DNA of 58,036 nucleotides from an uncultured archaeon (GCA_964610875.1 CAZSWP010000025.1:1-58036); one strand, 5' to 3'. Shown: positions 8,629 through 19,422, numbered from the stretch's first letter. Numbers and translations are program-made. Notes: generated by a model not told the origin, from the sequence alone.

Positions 8629-9129
8629 CTATCTCCAAGACTTCATCGTCTTTAGTTCATGCTCTTCAATAGATGAATCGAGTTCAAGAACTTGGACCTT
8701 AACCATCTTGTCGCCCTGTTCAATCGAATGTACAACATCCAGACCTTCGATAGTCTTTCCAAAAACGGTATGTCTTCCATTCAGGTGCTTTGTATTGTCT
8801 TCACTCAACACAACAAAGAACTGACTGCCACCAGTGTCTCTTCCAGCATGAGCCATGGAAAAAGCTCCTTCCACATGTTTTTGTCTGTGGCCTCTGGTTT
8901 CGCATGGGATTGCATATCCTGGTCCTCCTGTCCCATCTCCTTTAGGATCTCCTCCCTGAATCACAAAATCTTCCACTACTCTATGAAAAGTCAGACCATC
9001 ATAGAAACCCTTCTGAGCCAGGGTCACAAAGTTCTTCACTGTATTAATTGCGTCATCATTCCAAAACTCTGCAACAATGTCGCCCTTATTTGTTTGAATC
9101 TTAATTTTGGTCGCCAAAATTTTCACCAA
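8629..9129 (-). CDS. ppiA: Cyclophilin-type peptidyl-prolyl isomerase
   Basis: [33 protein letters not shown]. Confidence 0.95.
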   Translation of the reverse strand: MVKILATKIKIQTNKGDIVAEFWNDDAINTVKNFVTLAQKGFYDGLTFHRVVEDFVIQGGDPKGDGTGGPGYAIPCETRGHRQKHVEGAFSMAHAGRDTGGSQFFVVLSEDNTKHLNGRHTVFGKTIEGLDVVHSIEQGDKMVKVQVLELDSSIEEHELKTMKSWR

Positions 9130-9252
9130 ATGTCATTATTAGCGACCTGAGTCGCCATAACCACTGCTTGAAAGCAGTACACTTAGCAGTTACGGAATGT
9201 GAAATACCAATGCCATCGCTTTAATATCATATACATTATGATTACAATCTAT

Positions 9253-10455
9253 ATGACAGTCCTGCGAGAGTATACTGAAGGAAAGACGACTTTCCTTACT
9301 GCAGATGTAGCACATTATACTCGAGAGAAGAAACAACCAACTACGGATATGCCTGTATTCTACAACCCTCGGATGCGTGTAAACAGAGACCTATCTGTAA
9401 TTGCATTGTCTGCATATGGAAAAGATTATCCGCTTACTCTGATATGCGAACCTCTTGCTGGTTCTGGTATTCGGACTCTTCGCTATCTGAATGAGATTGA
9501 AGGTGATTTTAAGGCACTAATGTTCGATGCGAATCCCCTTGCCATTGAAACAGCTAACAAGAACATCGCACGAAATGGGTTCACAGATAGGGCTACAGCG
9601 ATACGAGGTGATGCCAAGCATCTATTAATGACCGAGTCGCGTGAACGTCGTTTTGATTTTGTAGATATCGACCCCTTCGGAACCCCTGTTCCCTACCTTA
9701 CTCCGGCTATTCTTTCACTTAGGCCAAAAGGTGCACTACTCGGACTTACTGCCACTGATATGCCAGCTCTTTGTGGAGTCTATCCCCGTGTTGCAATGCG
9801 TAAGTATGGTGGTGTTTCTATACGTGCACCTTTCGTACATGAACTGGCAGTGCGTTTCCTCCTTGCTAAAGCTTTCAGTACTGCTGCATCATATGATTGC
9901 AGTATGCAACCACTTGCATCCCTCAGCACTGAACACTACATTCGAGTGTGGACAAGAATTGCATCTGGAAGGAAGAAAGCAAATCGCCAAGTTGATCATA
10001 TGGGATTTATTGTATATTGTGAGGGATGTATGCAAGCTGTTTCTCTCAAAATATCTGCATTGTTCAACCCCTCTGAATTTCCACATCAGAAAAAAGACTG
10101 CTCCGAGCGATTTCGTTGTGCTGGTCCTCTTTGGACAGGACCTCTATTTAATCGGGATTTTCTGGAGTCAATGAAACAGTCTATGCAACAGGAACCCGAG
10201 CTCTATCATAAAGAAGTTCCTGAATTATTGGAATTTATGATAGCTGAGTCAGAGCTCGTGGATTATCCTTATGTAGACATTCATAGGTTATGTGACCATC
10301 ACGATATTACTCTTCCAAAAAGAGATATCTTAATTGAAACCTTGCAAGAACTGGGTTACAAATCATCAAGAACGCATTTCCAACCAACAGCAATCCGCAC
10401 TGAAGCACCAATTGGTGAGATAGAAAAAACCATCCGAAAAATAACTGGGGCATAG
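9253..10455 (+). CDS. trm1: tRNA (guanine-26-N2)-dimethyltransferase
   Basis: VFYNPRMRVNRDLS, GSGIR, DIDPFGTP, TATD and GPLW motifs. Start placed at ATG 9253, downstream of a TATA box. Confidence 0.93.
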   Translation: MTVLREYTEGKTTFLTADVAHYTREKKQPTTDMPVFYNPRMRVNRDLSVIALSAYGKDYPLTLICEPLAGSGIRTLRYLNEIEGDFKALMFDANPLAIETANKNIARNGFTDRATAIRGDAKHLLMTESRERRFDFVDIDPFGTPVPYLTPAILSLRPKGALLGLTATDMPALCGVYPRVAMRKYGGVSIRAPFVHELAVRFLLAKAFSTAASYDCSMQPLASLSTEHYIRVWTRIASGRKKANRQVDHMGFIVYCEGCMQAVSLKISALFNPSEFPHQKKDCSERFRCAGPLWTGPLFNRDFLESMKQSMQQEPELYHKEVPELLEFMIAESELVDYPYVDIHRLCDHHDITLPKRDILIETLQELGYKSSRTHFQPTAIRTEAPIGEIEKTIRKITGA

Positions 10456-10461
10456 GATAAT

Positions 10462-11052
10462 ATGGGACGAAAAGGCGACCGACGAAAAGAGCACTATTAC
10501 AGAGCGGCTAAGAAGAAGGGATACCGCGCCCGTTCAGCTTTCAAACTAAAGCAGATTGCTAAGAAATACAAGCTTCTCAGAGGCGTGAAGATAGTAGTTG
10601 AGTTATGCAGTGCTCCTGGTGGATGGACACAAGTTCTAAGAGAAATGGATAGCAGCCTTGAGATTGTAGCTGTTGACCTCTCCCCAATAAAGCCATTACA
10701 ACAAGTTTCGTTTATTCAGGGGGATATTACAACTGAAGAAACTCTTGAGGAAATAAGACAGAGGACTCGAGGTTCAGCAGATTTGATTCTCTCGGATTGT
10801 TCACCAAAGGTGAGTGGGCATTGGGACTTAGATGTGGCGCGGCAGCTGATACTTGCTGAACGAACTCTTGATATAGGGCGTCAATTACTTCGACCAGATG
10901 GGAAGGTTCTCACCAAAGTCTTTCAAGGCTCGGGTTTTCAGGAGTTTATGGCATCTACTAAGAAGAAGTTCAAGTCAGTTAGATTGATCAAACCTGCTGC
11001 ATCAAGAAAGTCAAGTGCAGAGATCTATCTTTTGGCTGTTGGTCCATCCTAG
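10462..11052 (+). CDS. rlmE: 23S rRNA 2'-O-methyltransferase RlmE/FtsJ
   Basis: YRARSAFKL, SAPGGW, SDCSP, SRKSSAEIY. Confidence 0.93.
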   Translation: MGRKGDRRKEHYYRAAKKKGYRARSAFKLKQIAKKYKLLRGVKIVVELCSAPGGWTQVLREMDSSLEIVAVDLSPIKPLQQVSFIQGDITTEETLEEIRQRTRGSADLILSDCSPKVSGHWDLDVARQLILAERTLDIGRQLLRPDGKVLTKVFQGSGFQEFMASTKKKFKSVRLIKPAASRKSSAEIYLLAVGPS

Positions 11053-11103
11053 AAACAATAATGATCGATAGCCGTTCCACTAAGATGAGCAAATTTGTCC
11101 ATA

Positions 11104-11463
11104 TTAGGACTCTGCTCTTGCGTACTCTCTATCTATCCACTCACTCATGTTCTGGCAACTGGTTGGGGAATCAGGTTGGCGAACTCCACATCTACTGATC
11201 TTAAGGCAGTGGAAGCACGGACAACCGTTAAGGTCTCCAATAGTACCGCGCTCTGTTTCGAAAGCCATTGCTGCTCTTAGTACATATCTAGCATCATTTG
11301 AATCTGTTTTTTCCAAGATTTGTCGCTCCGAGATTAATTGTTGTAGTGTCTTTTCTAATGTTTCAGAGTCGATACCAAGCTTCGCCGCCATTTCACTTAA
11401 GAGTAAGCCACTCGTGCCTGCAGATTGCAGAACCCTCAGGACTTGGTCGGCTACTTCCTTCAT
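11104..11463 (-). CDS. TFE-beta / RNA polymerase III Rpc34-like protein (winged helix + C-terminal Fe-S motif)
   Basis: N-terminal wHTH and C-terminal CPCFHC-x5-C-x10-C...W motif. Lies next to gar1 and srp19. Confidence 0.8.
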   Translation of the reverse strand: MKEVADQVLRVLQSAGTSGLLLSEMAAKLGIDSETLEKTLQQLISERQILEKTDSNDARYVLRAAMAFETERGTIGDLNGCPCFHCLKISRCGVRQPDSPTSCQNMSEWIDREYARAES

Positions 11464-11603
11464 CTGGATGACCCTTCAAAGTAGAAGCATGACATCGGAC
11501 AACACATAACGCCGCATAAATTAATACTTCCGGATTGTGCCATTATCATTTGGATTAATTACGTACACTAAAGTACAAATAAGTACAGCTAAAGAGTACA
11601 AAA

Positions 11604-11846
11604 CTACCTCTTCCGTCGTTTTCTATAAAGATACAATTGATGTCCCACAATTTTTTCTAGATCCACATTATTGAAAGGTTTGACAGAAACATATGGTGCT
11701 TTCACAGGACCAAATACATCCTTGACCTGTCCTACCTTTTGTACTTTCTTGTCGACAACCTCTGCGCCGATTGGTGGGGATTTGTCGGTACGTACTATCA
11801 CCATACCGCGATGGGATATATGAAGAACTTCTCCAAGTCGTCTCAT
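11604..11846 (-). CDS. gar1: H/ACA RNP protein Gar1
   Basis: VGQVKDVFGPVKAPYVSVKP signature. Confidence 0.9.
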   Translation of the reverse strand: MRRLGEVLHISHRGMVIVRTDKSPPIGAEVVDKKVQKVGQVKDVFGPVKAPYVSVKPFNNVDLEKIVGHQLYLYRKRRKR

Positions 11847-11869
11847 TTATTATCACAATCTTTCAAGAG

Positions 11870-12235
11870 CTATCTCCGTTTTCCTTTCCCTCTACGCTTT
11901 TTCCCCTTCTTCTTAGCCGCTGCTTGTCGTGCAGCTTCTCTCTGAGCTGAAATTCGACGTAACCCCTTGGCTAGCATCAGTAGCAATCGTTTTTTCTTGT
12001 GACCATCTGGATTCTCTACAACTAGATAGCCACCTCTCTGCTTTCCCTCTCTTGGATAACGTTTCCCAGCTTCAATCTCAGTATCAAGTTTTGCCATCTC
12101 TGCAGCCTTACTGAGCATATCTACAGTCACATCTGGTGCTGCTAGATTTTTGGGAATTCTTCTACCTTCTCCACGAGAGAGTTTGGAGTCAACATATGCC
12201 GGCCAGATGATTACTGTATCCTTTCGAGGGCGCAT
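11870..12235 (-). CDS. srp19: Signal recognition particle protein SRP19
   Basis: IIWPAYVDSKLSRGEGRRIPK and KRYPR motifs, plus a basic tail. Confidence 0.92.
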   Translation of the reverse strand: MRPRKDTVIIWPAYVDSKLSRGEGRRIPKNLAAPDVTVDMLSKAAEMAKLDTEIEAGKRYPREGKQRGGYLVVENPDGHKKKRLLLMLAKGLRRISAQREAARQAAAKKKGKKRRGKGKRR

Positions 12236-12393
12236 TGATATTTCTCCTAGGTATTCATCTACCAAGGATTATTCTATTCTGGAGTTCTTTTTATCTTTCC
12301 CATTTGGCGTGAAGAATGTAGTATTGAATGATGAACATGAACTTCTTAAGTGAGGTCCACGACAGGAAGAATAATACTGGAGTCAGAGCGATT

Positions 12394-12873
12394 ATGCAAC
12401 GAAAGAGTAAGGATGTGTACTTTGCAGAGATTGCAGATCTTGTAAGTACAAGAAGCACCTGTCTTCGGAATCATGTAGGTGCGGTAATTGTCAAAGACTC
12501 TCAGATTCTATCCACAGGTTATAACGGAGCTCCGAAAGGACTACCTCACTGTGATGAGCTCGGCGGCTGCTTACGAGAAAAATTAGGAGTAAAGTCGGGA
12601 GAACGCCATGAACTATGTCGTGGTCTTCATGCAGAACAAAATGCTATCATTCAAGCTGCATATCATGGTGTGAGTGTAAATGGCGCGAAAATGTATTGCA
12701 CAACTCGGCCATGTAGCATATGTACAAAGATGATTATCAATGCAGGGATCACTGAGGTCATTTTCATTGAAGATTATACTGATGACTTGGCAAAAGAACT
12801 AACAGAACAATCAAAACTCAAGATTCGTAGAATAAAATTGACGCGTAAGTATGGTATCAATGGTTCTGGATGA
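12394..12873 (+). CDS. dCMP deaminase family protein
   Basis: RSTC, GYNG, HAEQNA and PCSIC zinc motifs. Confidence 0.9.
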   Translation: MQRKSKDVYFAEIADLVSTRSTCLRNHVGAVIVKDSQILSTGYNGAPKGLPHCDELGGCLREKLGVKSGERHELCRGLHAEQNAIIQAAYHGVSVNGAKMYCTTRPCSICTKMIINAGITEVIFIEDYTDDLAKELTEQSKLKIRRIKLTRKYGINGSG

Positions 12874-12956
12874 AGTAATAGAAATCACCAAGCTGGAAAG
12901 GTTAAAGTGAGACTATTCTCAGCGCGTCAACTAGTAAAACCTAGATGTGATGACAG

Positions 12957-13871
12957 ATGACTGAACTCCGCAATCTGATTAGTATTCATGACTTTTCTAG
13001 AGATGATATTGACTTCATTCTGAAGAACGCTGCAGATATGGAACGTGTGGCTATTGATAGAAGTGATGATCTAAAAGGTAAGATAATGGCTGTTCTGTTC
13101 TTTGAAGCATCTACGAGAACTCGTCTCTCATTTGAGAGTGCAATGCTACGTCTTGGTGGAAATATTCTGGGGTTTGCTGAAGTCACATCCACAAGTGCCG
13201 GGATGAAGGGTGAAACACTAGCAGACACAATTCGTACAATTAGTAAATACGCTGATATTATTGTTATTCGTCATCCTCTTGATGGGTCAGCACGTGTTGC
13301 AGCCGAGTTTTCGGATGTACCTGTCATCAATGCTGGAAGTGGGTCGGAGGAACATCCTACTCAAGCTTTACTCGATTTATATTCAATAATGAAGATGAAG
13401 GGTAAAATCGATGGATTGACAATTTCACTATGTGGAGATTTAAAGTACGGTCGTACTGTCCACTCACTAGGAATGGCGCTGTGTCATTATGATGTGGAAA
13501 TAAAACTGGCTGCACCGGAATCTCTCCGAATGAAATCAGCAATTATTGATGAGATCAAGAAGATAGGTGTCAAAGTCACTGAGGTTTCTGCCCTTGAAGA
13601 TGCCGTGGCGGACACCGATGTCGTATATATGACGCGAATCCAAAAAGAGCGATTTCCAGACGTGAGAGAATATGATATGGTCAAAGGGAAGTTTAGACTC
13701 ACGATGGATGAAGTTGTCAGAATGAAAGAGGACTCAATAATACTACATCCACTACCTCGAGTGGATGAGATTGATGCAGCTGTTGATAATACTCCACAGG
13801 CAAAATACTTTGATCAGGTCTACAGTGGAGTGGTTACTAGAATGGCTATTCTGAAACACATCCTCAACTAA
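12957..13871 (+). CDS. pyrB: Aspartate carbamoyltransferase catalytic subunit
   Basis: STRTRLSFE, HPTQ, HPLPR. Confidence 0.97.
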   Translation: MTELRNLISIHDFSRDDIDFILKNAADMERVAIDRSDDLKGKIMAVLFFEASTRTRLSFESAMLRLGGNILGFAEVTSTSAGMKGETLADTIRTISKYADIIVIRHPLDGSARVAAEFSDVPVINAGSGSEEHPTQALLDLYSIMKMKGKIDGLTISLCGDLKYGRTVHSLGMALCHYDVEIKLAAPESLRMKSAIIDEIKKIGVKVTEVSALEDAVADTDVVYMTRIQKERFPDVREYDMVKGKFRLTMDEVVRMKEDSIILHPLPRVDEIDAAVDNTPQAKYFDQVYSGVVTRMAILKHILN

Positions 13872-14581
13872 TTCGGGTCAATCCCTTGCAGTTCTTTGAT
13901 TAATGCATCAATTGATGAGGTTTTACTCACCGCAAGAGGTATTTTCATCTGTTCTGAGAGCTCAAGAACAAGTCGGTCTAGCTGACTCACACCATGAAGC
14001 ACAACCAATGTTGGCTTGAATTCCTGCGACTTGATGGCAATCATCGGAGCTCTTCCTGTCTTCACATTAGTAAAAACAAGACATCTCTCAGTTGTAGCTC
14101 CAAAGAGTTTGAAGAATGCTTCACTATTCAGTTCCTTCACGGCACGTTCCACATCTACCAGAGTGTACCCATAGATTTCTCTATCGAGATGCTCCTCTCC
14201 TGCTTTTATTGTACACCTCAACTTCTCGCAGAATTCTCTTGAGGTCATGCTAGTATTGAAGTCACTCATTGCAAGTACTATGTTCAGGTCCACAAGACTG
14301 ACATCCATGAGCCGAACAAAAGCAGAAGTCACTTGTCCTCCATCTCGCTCATCAAGAGCAAGTAATGCCATGACAAATCTTCGGATTGTAGAGGTTCCTG
14401 GTGACTTCCGCCTGCCTGATTCATAATCGCTTATCACACTTGGACTGATGCCCAAATAGTCTGCAAGAACAATCTGTGGTAATCTGAACCGTTCTCTCCA
14501 AACCCTCATGGTCATTCCGGGATGGTCTGAGAGAGCAATCTCTCCAGCAATCCTCCGTGCGAGCCTTTCTCTCGCAGACAT
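13868..14581 (-). CDS. Conserved archaeal Cro/C1-type HTH regulator
   Basis: IAGEIALS, SPSVISDYESGRRKSPG and TGRAPMIAIK motifs of a widespread archaeal family. Confidence 0.85.
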   Translation of the reverse strand: MSARERLARRIAGEIALSDHPGMTMRVWRERFRLPQIVLADYLGISPSVISDYESGRRKSPGTSTIRRFVMALLALDERDGGQVTSAFVRLMDVSLVDLNIVLAMSDFNTSMTSREFCEKLRCTIKAGEEHLDREIYGYTLVDVERAVKELNSEAFFKLFGATTERCLVFTNVKTGRAPMIAIKSQEFKPTLVVLHGVSQLDRLVLELSEQMKIPLAVSKTSSIDALIKELQGIDPN

Positions 14582-14716
14582 CTGTACGGACATAATACGG
14601 CATTGGTCGAACACAAGGAAATAAGGATTTCGACTTTTGCCGATTCATAGATAGCTATTTGTGGTAGCTGAGAACAGCCGTCAAGAAATATTCTCGAATT
14701 GAATAGTTAATCAAAA

Positions 14717-14855
14717 TGGTGGGCCGACCCGGAATCTCTCCCTCGCTGGAAATCAACGCGGGATTCGAACCGGGGATCCCTTGGACTTTTGCCAAGAAGG
14801 CCAAGTCATTCTTGGTCCCAAACCAAGAATCATAGCCAAGCTAGACCACCGACCC
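14717..14855 (-). tRNA. tRNA-Pro(UGG) with two introns: 37/38 (14786-14816) and 59/60 (14734-14763)
   Basis: Removing both introns gives a full cloverleaf ending in ACCA. Intron 1 forms a strict BHB (TTTG/CAAA helix, CCAAGAA/TTCTTGG stem). Intron 2 lies in the T-loop with a relaxed BHB. Confidence 0.9.
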
Positions 14856-14900
14856 ATGCAGACTCTCGGACTTCACTGACCGGTTATAAGATTAGCGGAG

Positions 14901-17246
14901 TCAGCTCTCTTTTTGAAAAACTATACTGTGTTCCAAACCATCGTCTGGGAATTTAACAAAGTATGCTCCCTTCTCATCTCCCTCTACTTCTACATCAACC
15001 TCATCAACTTGTACTCGAACAATTGCTTCCTGCATACCTCGGACTTCTAAGATTACATGTCTATCTGGAATGTCCATGTTCCCGTCGGCTTCTGTCATTA
15101 TGACCCTGAGAACATCCTTTTCTGTTTCTACACAGACCTCTCTAGAACAGAAATCGCTATGTTCAGAAACACCATCATCTTCATAGATTTCAAATCTCGC
15201 GCTTCTACCAGGATAAATTAGAATTCTAAGGTTTCCTTGATTATGATTCGTGTTCTTTGCCACATCTCCAACTGGTATTGTTGCTCCTGCTCGAATGAAA
15301 ATAGGCAATCTCTCCAGAGGAGCTCGTATCTCATAATTGATTCCCCCAGTAATACGCTCGTTTGACCAAAAGTCATACCAAAGACCATCCGGGAAGTACA
15401 CACTTCTTGATACTTTTCCTTTCTCCAAGATTGGCGCAATCATAATGAATGGACCAACCATGAATTGAGTATCTAGTGAATAAGTTTGCACATCGCTCTG
15501 AAACTCATAAACGAGTGGACGCATGATTGGTGCTCCTGTCTGGCTTGCCTGCCATGCCAAAGAGTAGAGGTAGCGAAGCAGGTGATACCGAAGGAAGATG
15601 TACTCCCGTGCAATTGCTAAGACCTTCTCTCCAAACACCCATGGTTCCTGTCGTGCAGTACCAAATCGAGTATGATTTCTACAGAACGGATAGAACACTC
15701 CAACTTGATACCATCTTGCTAGAAGTTCTGGTGTGATATCATTGCTGAAACCACAAATATCAACCCCACAGATTGGCACTCCTGATAGACCAATGTTGCA
15801 AAGCATGGGAATTGACATCCAAAGGTGATTCCAATTTGATCGATTATCTCCTGTCCACATCCCTGCATACCTTTGATATCCAGAAAAACCAGACCTTGTA
15901 TAGATGAAAGGACGTTGGTCAGGATCGATTTTCTTTAACCCCTCAAAGACTGCTCTTGTCATTTCTAATGCGTATGTATTACGGTTTCTCTTTTCCCATG
16001 GTTCCCCCTTATCATCCAGAACTTCAGATATGGAGTACTCTTCTTCAAGACCTTGGTACATACAATGACTCGGTTCATTCATGTCAAGCCAACTACTATT
16101 GCTGACCCCTAACTCAATCAGTCGTCGATACTGAGTTCCAAACCACTCTCGAACCCTCTGTTTTGAAAAATCAGGGAATACTGTTTCCCCTGGCCACACT
16201 AGACCTACATAAGGAGAACCATCTGGCTTTTTCAGAAAGTAGCCATTCTCAAGACCTTCATCATACATCCAATACCCCTCTTCCTTCTTAATTCCCGGAT
16301 CAATGATAGTGACTACTCTCAATCCCAGTTCTGTAATCTTCTCGATGAAACTTTTCGGGTCTGGAAATACCTCCCTGTCCCATGTGAATATCTTATACTC
16401 ATCCATGTAGTCTATATCGAGTACAATAGCATCACAAGGTATCTCATTATCACGAAGGCTTCTTGCTACTGAGAGTACGTCCTCCTCCGCTTTATATTTC
16501 TCCCACCTTGACTGATGATACCCAAGTGCCCATTTGGGAATAAAATATGGTCTACCGGTGAGCTTTGTGTATCCATCAATCACATCAGCTATCCTTGGTC
16601 CTAGGATAATGTAGTAGTCAAGAGGGCCGTCTGGGGCCCCGAAAGAAAATGTATTCTGTGATGATTTACCGAAATCAAAGAATGTGCGATAGGAATTATC
16701 AAAGAATATTCCATATGCAATCCCTTGGTTAAGCACAATGAAAAACGGAACACTCTGATAGAGTGGGTCTGAATCTACTCCATGGTCTACATTGTCCGTA
16801 TTCCACATCTCATATTGTAATCCCCGCTTGTTGAGACCATTTGTCTTCTCTCCTAGTCCATAGAAGACTTCATCATCGAGAAGCTGTTTTTCACATGTGA
16901 CTCTCTTATTTTCCCAGAATAGGTGATTCTCAGGAGCATCTTGATGTACTAATTGTCCGTTCTTGTCGTATACTGAAACTGCAAACATGTTACTTATTGT
17001 GAGATGTCGGCCATGGAAATGTATTATCCATTCATCATCTTGTTTTTCCAACTTTACTTTCGTTTCTTCTTTGTATTCGATACGAGAAACTGAATCATAA
17101 TCTCTGTACTTGGATGTTTTTGACGCTTGTACTCGAACAATTTTGGGACAAATAATACTAATCCTCGCATTTCCATTCTCACAGACAAAATCGATTTCTG
17201 ACTGTTTTTGATGAACCTCTTTGATTTTACCGGGAGTGACTCTCAT
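14901..17246 (-). CDS. Glycoside hydrolase family 31 (alpha-glucosidase-like)
   Basis: YGLGE, WALGYHQSRW, WLDMNEP nucleophile and WTGDN acid/base motifs. The start could be 17255 or 17297. Confidence 0.93.
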   Translation of the reverse strand: MRVTPGKIKEVHQKQSEIDFVCENGNARISIICPKIVRVQASKTSKYRDYDSVSRIEYKEETKVKLEKQDDEWIIHFHGRHLTISNMFAVSVYDKNGQLVHQDAPENHLFWENKRVTCEKQLLDDEVFYGLGEKTNGLNKRGLQYEMWNTDNVDHGVDSDPLYQSVPFFIVLNQGIAYGIFFDNSYRTFFDFGKSSQNTFSFGAPDGPLDYYIILGPRIADVIDGYTKLTGRPYFIPKWALGYHQSRWEKYKAEEDVLSVARSLRDNEIPCDAIVLDIDYMDEYKIFTWDREVFPDPKSFIEKITELGLRVVTIIDPGIKKEEGYWMYDEGLENGYFLKKPDGSPYVGLVWPGETVFPDFSKQRVREWFGTQYRRLIELGVSNSSWLDMNEPSHCMYQGLEEEYSISEVLDDKGEPWEKRNRNTYALEMTRAVFEGLKKIDPDQRPFIYTRSGFSGYQRYAGMWTGDNRSNWNHLWMSIPMLCNIGLSGVPICGVDICGFSNDITPELLARWYQVGVFYPFCRNHTRFGTARQEPWVFGEKVLAIAREYIFLRYHLLRYLYSLAWQASQTGAPIMRPLVYEFQSDVQTYSLDTQFMVGPFIMIAPILEKGKVSRSVYFPDGLWYDFWSNERITGGINYEIRAPLERLPIFIRAGATIPVGDVAKNTNHNQGNLRILIYPGRSARFEIYEDDGVSEHSDFCSREVCVETEKDVLRVIMTEADGNMDIPDRHVILEVRGMQEAIVRVQVDEVDVEVEGDEKGAYFVKFPDDGLEHSIVFQKES

Positions 17247-17351
17247 AGGCAACATCCTCACTCTGAATGATACAATCATGCTTTTGTTGGTTTTCACATA
17301 GGCGAAAAGTCATAACGGGGTGTTACTAAAATTAGTAATGTTGTGCAACGA

Positions 17352-17558
17352 ATGAGTATACTTGGACCTGATGATTTCGATCTTAGTAGAAAAGAACGGA
17401 AGAAGAAACTTGCAAAGGACCTCTCACCAGCAGTTCAAAAAGAGATTGAACGCTGGCTGGACCGTGAAGATGATACAATGACATTCGAACAACTTGTAGA
17501 GCTAGTTGGTCCGGAAGAAGCTCGACGACTTCTCAGAAAAAGAAACGGTAAGCAGTAA
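17352..17558 (+). CDS. Small hypothetical protein
   Basis: Charged helical ORF, co-oriented with and close to the next gene. Confidence 0.6.
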   Translation: MSILGPDDFDLSRKERKKKLAKDLSPAVQKEIERWLDREDDTMTFEQLVELVGPEEARRLLRKRNGKQ

Positions 17559-17564
17559 AATCAC

Positions 17565-17963
17565 ATGACACAATCTCTAAGACGGAGACCAACTACCATG
17601 GAAGACGAACGCTACATATCCAAAGTATTGAAAGCAACCAAAGACCCTAGTCTGATATTAGCTGCAATAAGGACAATCGAAGCGGAGAAGAGAACACACC
17701 TGTCAGAGCTACGTACTGGTATTGGAATCCTTACAATACCTCTCTCTCTACTGACGATTCTGGTTGCTACTTCTAATTACTATTCAGTGCAGGATGTTTT
17801 CATTTTCATTGTTGGTCTGATAATCGGAATCATTCTGTTAGCTGTCGTAGGTAGTTTTCTTGTCATAAAATCGCTACAACGTCTCCGGACAGATCATTCT
17901 CTGAGACGAGAAACCTGTAATGATACTGGAGAATTTCTCCGGGACCTTAGCAGTATCACATAA
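17565..17963 (+). CDS. Hypothetical two-TM membrane protein
   Basis: EKRTHLSELRTG followed by two TM helices (DUF202-like layout). Confidence 0.7.
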   Translation: MTQSLRRRPTTMEDERYISKVLKATKDPSLILAAIRTIEAEKRTHLSELRTGIGILTIPLSLLTILVATSNYYSVQDVFIFIVGLIIGIILLAVVGSFLVIKSLQRLRTDHSLRRETCNDTGEFLRDLSSIT

Positions 17964-18062
17964 AATTCGGTTAACAGCTCGCTTACACTGAGAAACGAAT
18001 CTTTTTGTACTATTGTTCCCCTCTGAAAACACCACAAAAGTGGTTTATAGGAGAGAAATGAT

Positions 18063-18758
18063 TTGAAACGCGCGCTACAAGTACTAGTTGCTCTATCAAT
18101 CGTAACAATGTTCATTGTCAATCCAGTTGCTGCTGCAACTTCACAAGGCCTCGAATGGGGTTTTGCGTTTGGTGATAAATTCGATTATACCCTCACCAGC
18201 ACATATGAAGAAGGTTGGGGCGAAGGATTATACCTCAATATCACAGCTATGCCAAGTGCTGCGATAGGTGACCCACTAAATACATGGTCTAGCATACCTG
18301 AACCAAGTCTTGGGTTCTGGTGGACGAATGGCTCAAGTATGGGTTTTTCTGCATTAATCTTCCTCGGCATCTTTCTTGTTGGAGGCAAATTTGCAGTACC
18401 GATTGGTAACTTCACCCACATCGAGGGTCTGGCTGCCTCTGTATTGACAGGTGAGGAGATTATTGATGAAGCCAATGTCTGGGGTATCGAATGGAGTCAG
18501 GATATAAACGCTACCCAAGAATACAGAGCCACAGCTACATATTCTAAGGTAGATGGATTCTTAGCTGACTATAGCCTAGAAACTTGGGACACTGCAGAAA
18601 ACGAACTGGTAGAGTCAATTGCTGTTCAAAGGGATGATTTGCCCTCAGCTGGACTTGACCTTAGCAACATAACACAACTCCTAATGGACAACATCCTTTA
18701 CGTTGGTATTGGTGTAGGTGTGTTGATTCTTCTCGCAATCATCTGTAAGAAGAAATAA
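18063..18758 (+). CDS. Secreted, C-terminally anchored cell-surface protein
   Basis: Signal peptide, acidic beta-rich body, C-terminal TM helix followed by KKK. Confidence 0.8.
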   Translation: MKRALQVLVALSIVTMFIVNPVAAATSQGLEWGFAFGDKFDYTLTSTYEEGWGEGLYLNITAMPSAAIGDPLNTWSSIPEPSLGFWWTNGSSMGFSALIFLGIFLVGGKFAVPIGNFTHIEGLAASVLTGEEIIDEANVWGIEWSQDINATQEYRATATYSKVDGFLADYSLETWDTAENELVESIAVQRDDLPSAGLDLSNITQLLMDNILYVGIGVGVLILLAIICKKK

Positions 18759-18763
18759 TTTAA

Positions 18764-18796
18764 ACTGGGGGTTTCTCCCCAGTCACTCCTTTTTTA
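18764..18796 (+). terminator. Hairpin plus T-tract terminator
   Basis: ACTGGGG/CCCCAGT stem followed by a T run. Confidence 0.6.
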
Positions 18797-18857
18797 TTAC
18801 CCATGAACTACATGTCCTCTCTCTTTTGATTGACATATATAGTACATTTCTGCTATT

Positions 18858-19166
18858 ATGTTCGCAATTCAGTTTCTCAAAACACATCAAACAAAATTCA
18901 TAAGCACTCAAGATGATGAATATTTGGAGCGGCGTAATATACTAGGCATCTATCTAATTGTCCTATTTGGGGGTGTTATACTACTTGCCATTTTCTTGAG
19001 TCGAGATAGTCGTACGAAACATTCTACACATCCATCTCACAAAGTTGGTAGGGACTCGATTACTGAAAAGATACATCATTCGCTTGTGGAGGAGAATATG
19101 ATGTTTGATGGAGAATCTCAAGAATATGCTGATGCCATGTCAAAGAGAAGGGCATCGGGCTGGTAG
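18858..19166 (+). CDS. Small single-TM hypothetical protein (true start probably downstream)
   Basis: TM segment ILGIYLIVLFGGVILLAIFL with a hydrophilic tail. Confidence 0.5.
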   Translation: MFAIQFLKTHQTKFISTQDDEYLERRNILGIYLIVLFGGVILLAIFLSRDSRTKHSTHPSHKVGRDSITEKIHHSLVEENMMFDGESQEYADAMSKRRASGW

Positions 19167-19221
19167 AAAAAACGAAACAGATGAAAAATCGTTTAATCTC
19201 TATGAACTTACAAAAAGAGAG

Positions 19222-19299
19222 TGGAGCCCTGGGCGGGATTTGAACCCGCGGCCTCCTCCTTACCAAGGAGGCGATCTGACCGGTCTAAGCTACCAGGGC
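19222..19299 (-). tRNA. tRNA-Thr(GGU), intronless, encoded CCA
   Basis: GCCCTGG acceptor, CCTCC-TTGGTAA-GGAGG anticodon arm, GGTTCAAATC T-loop. Confidence 0.95.
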
Positions 19300-19422
19300 T
19301 TCCGTGGACGCAACACCGCTAGAAAACTGAGATAAAGCTTTCTGATTGGAAGTATTCTCAAATGCCTTCTGTTCTCAGAATCACTAAAATGTGAAAGATG
19401 GTTCAGATGATAGCGAACTGAT

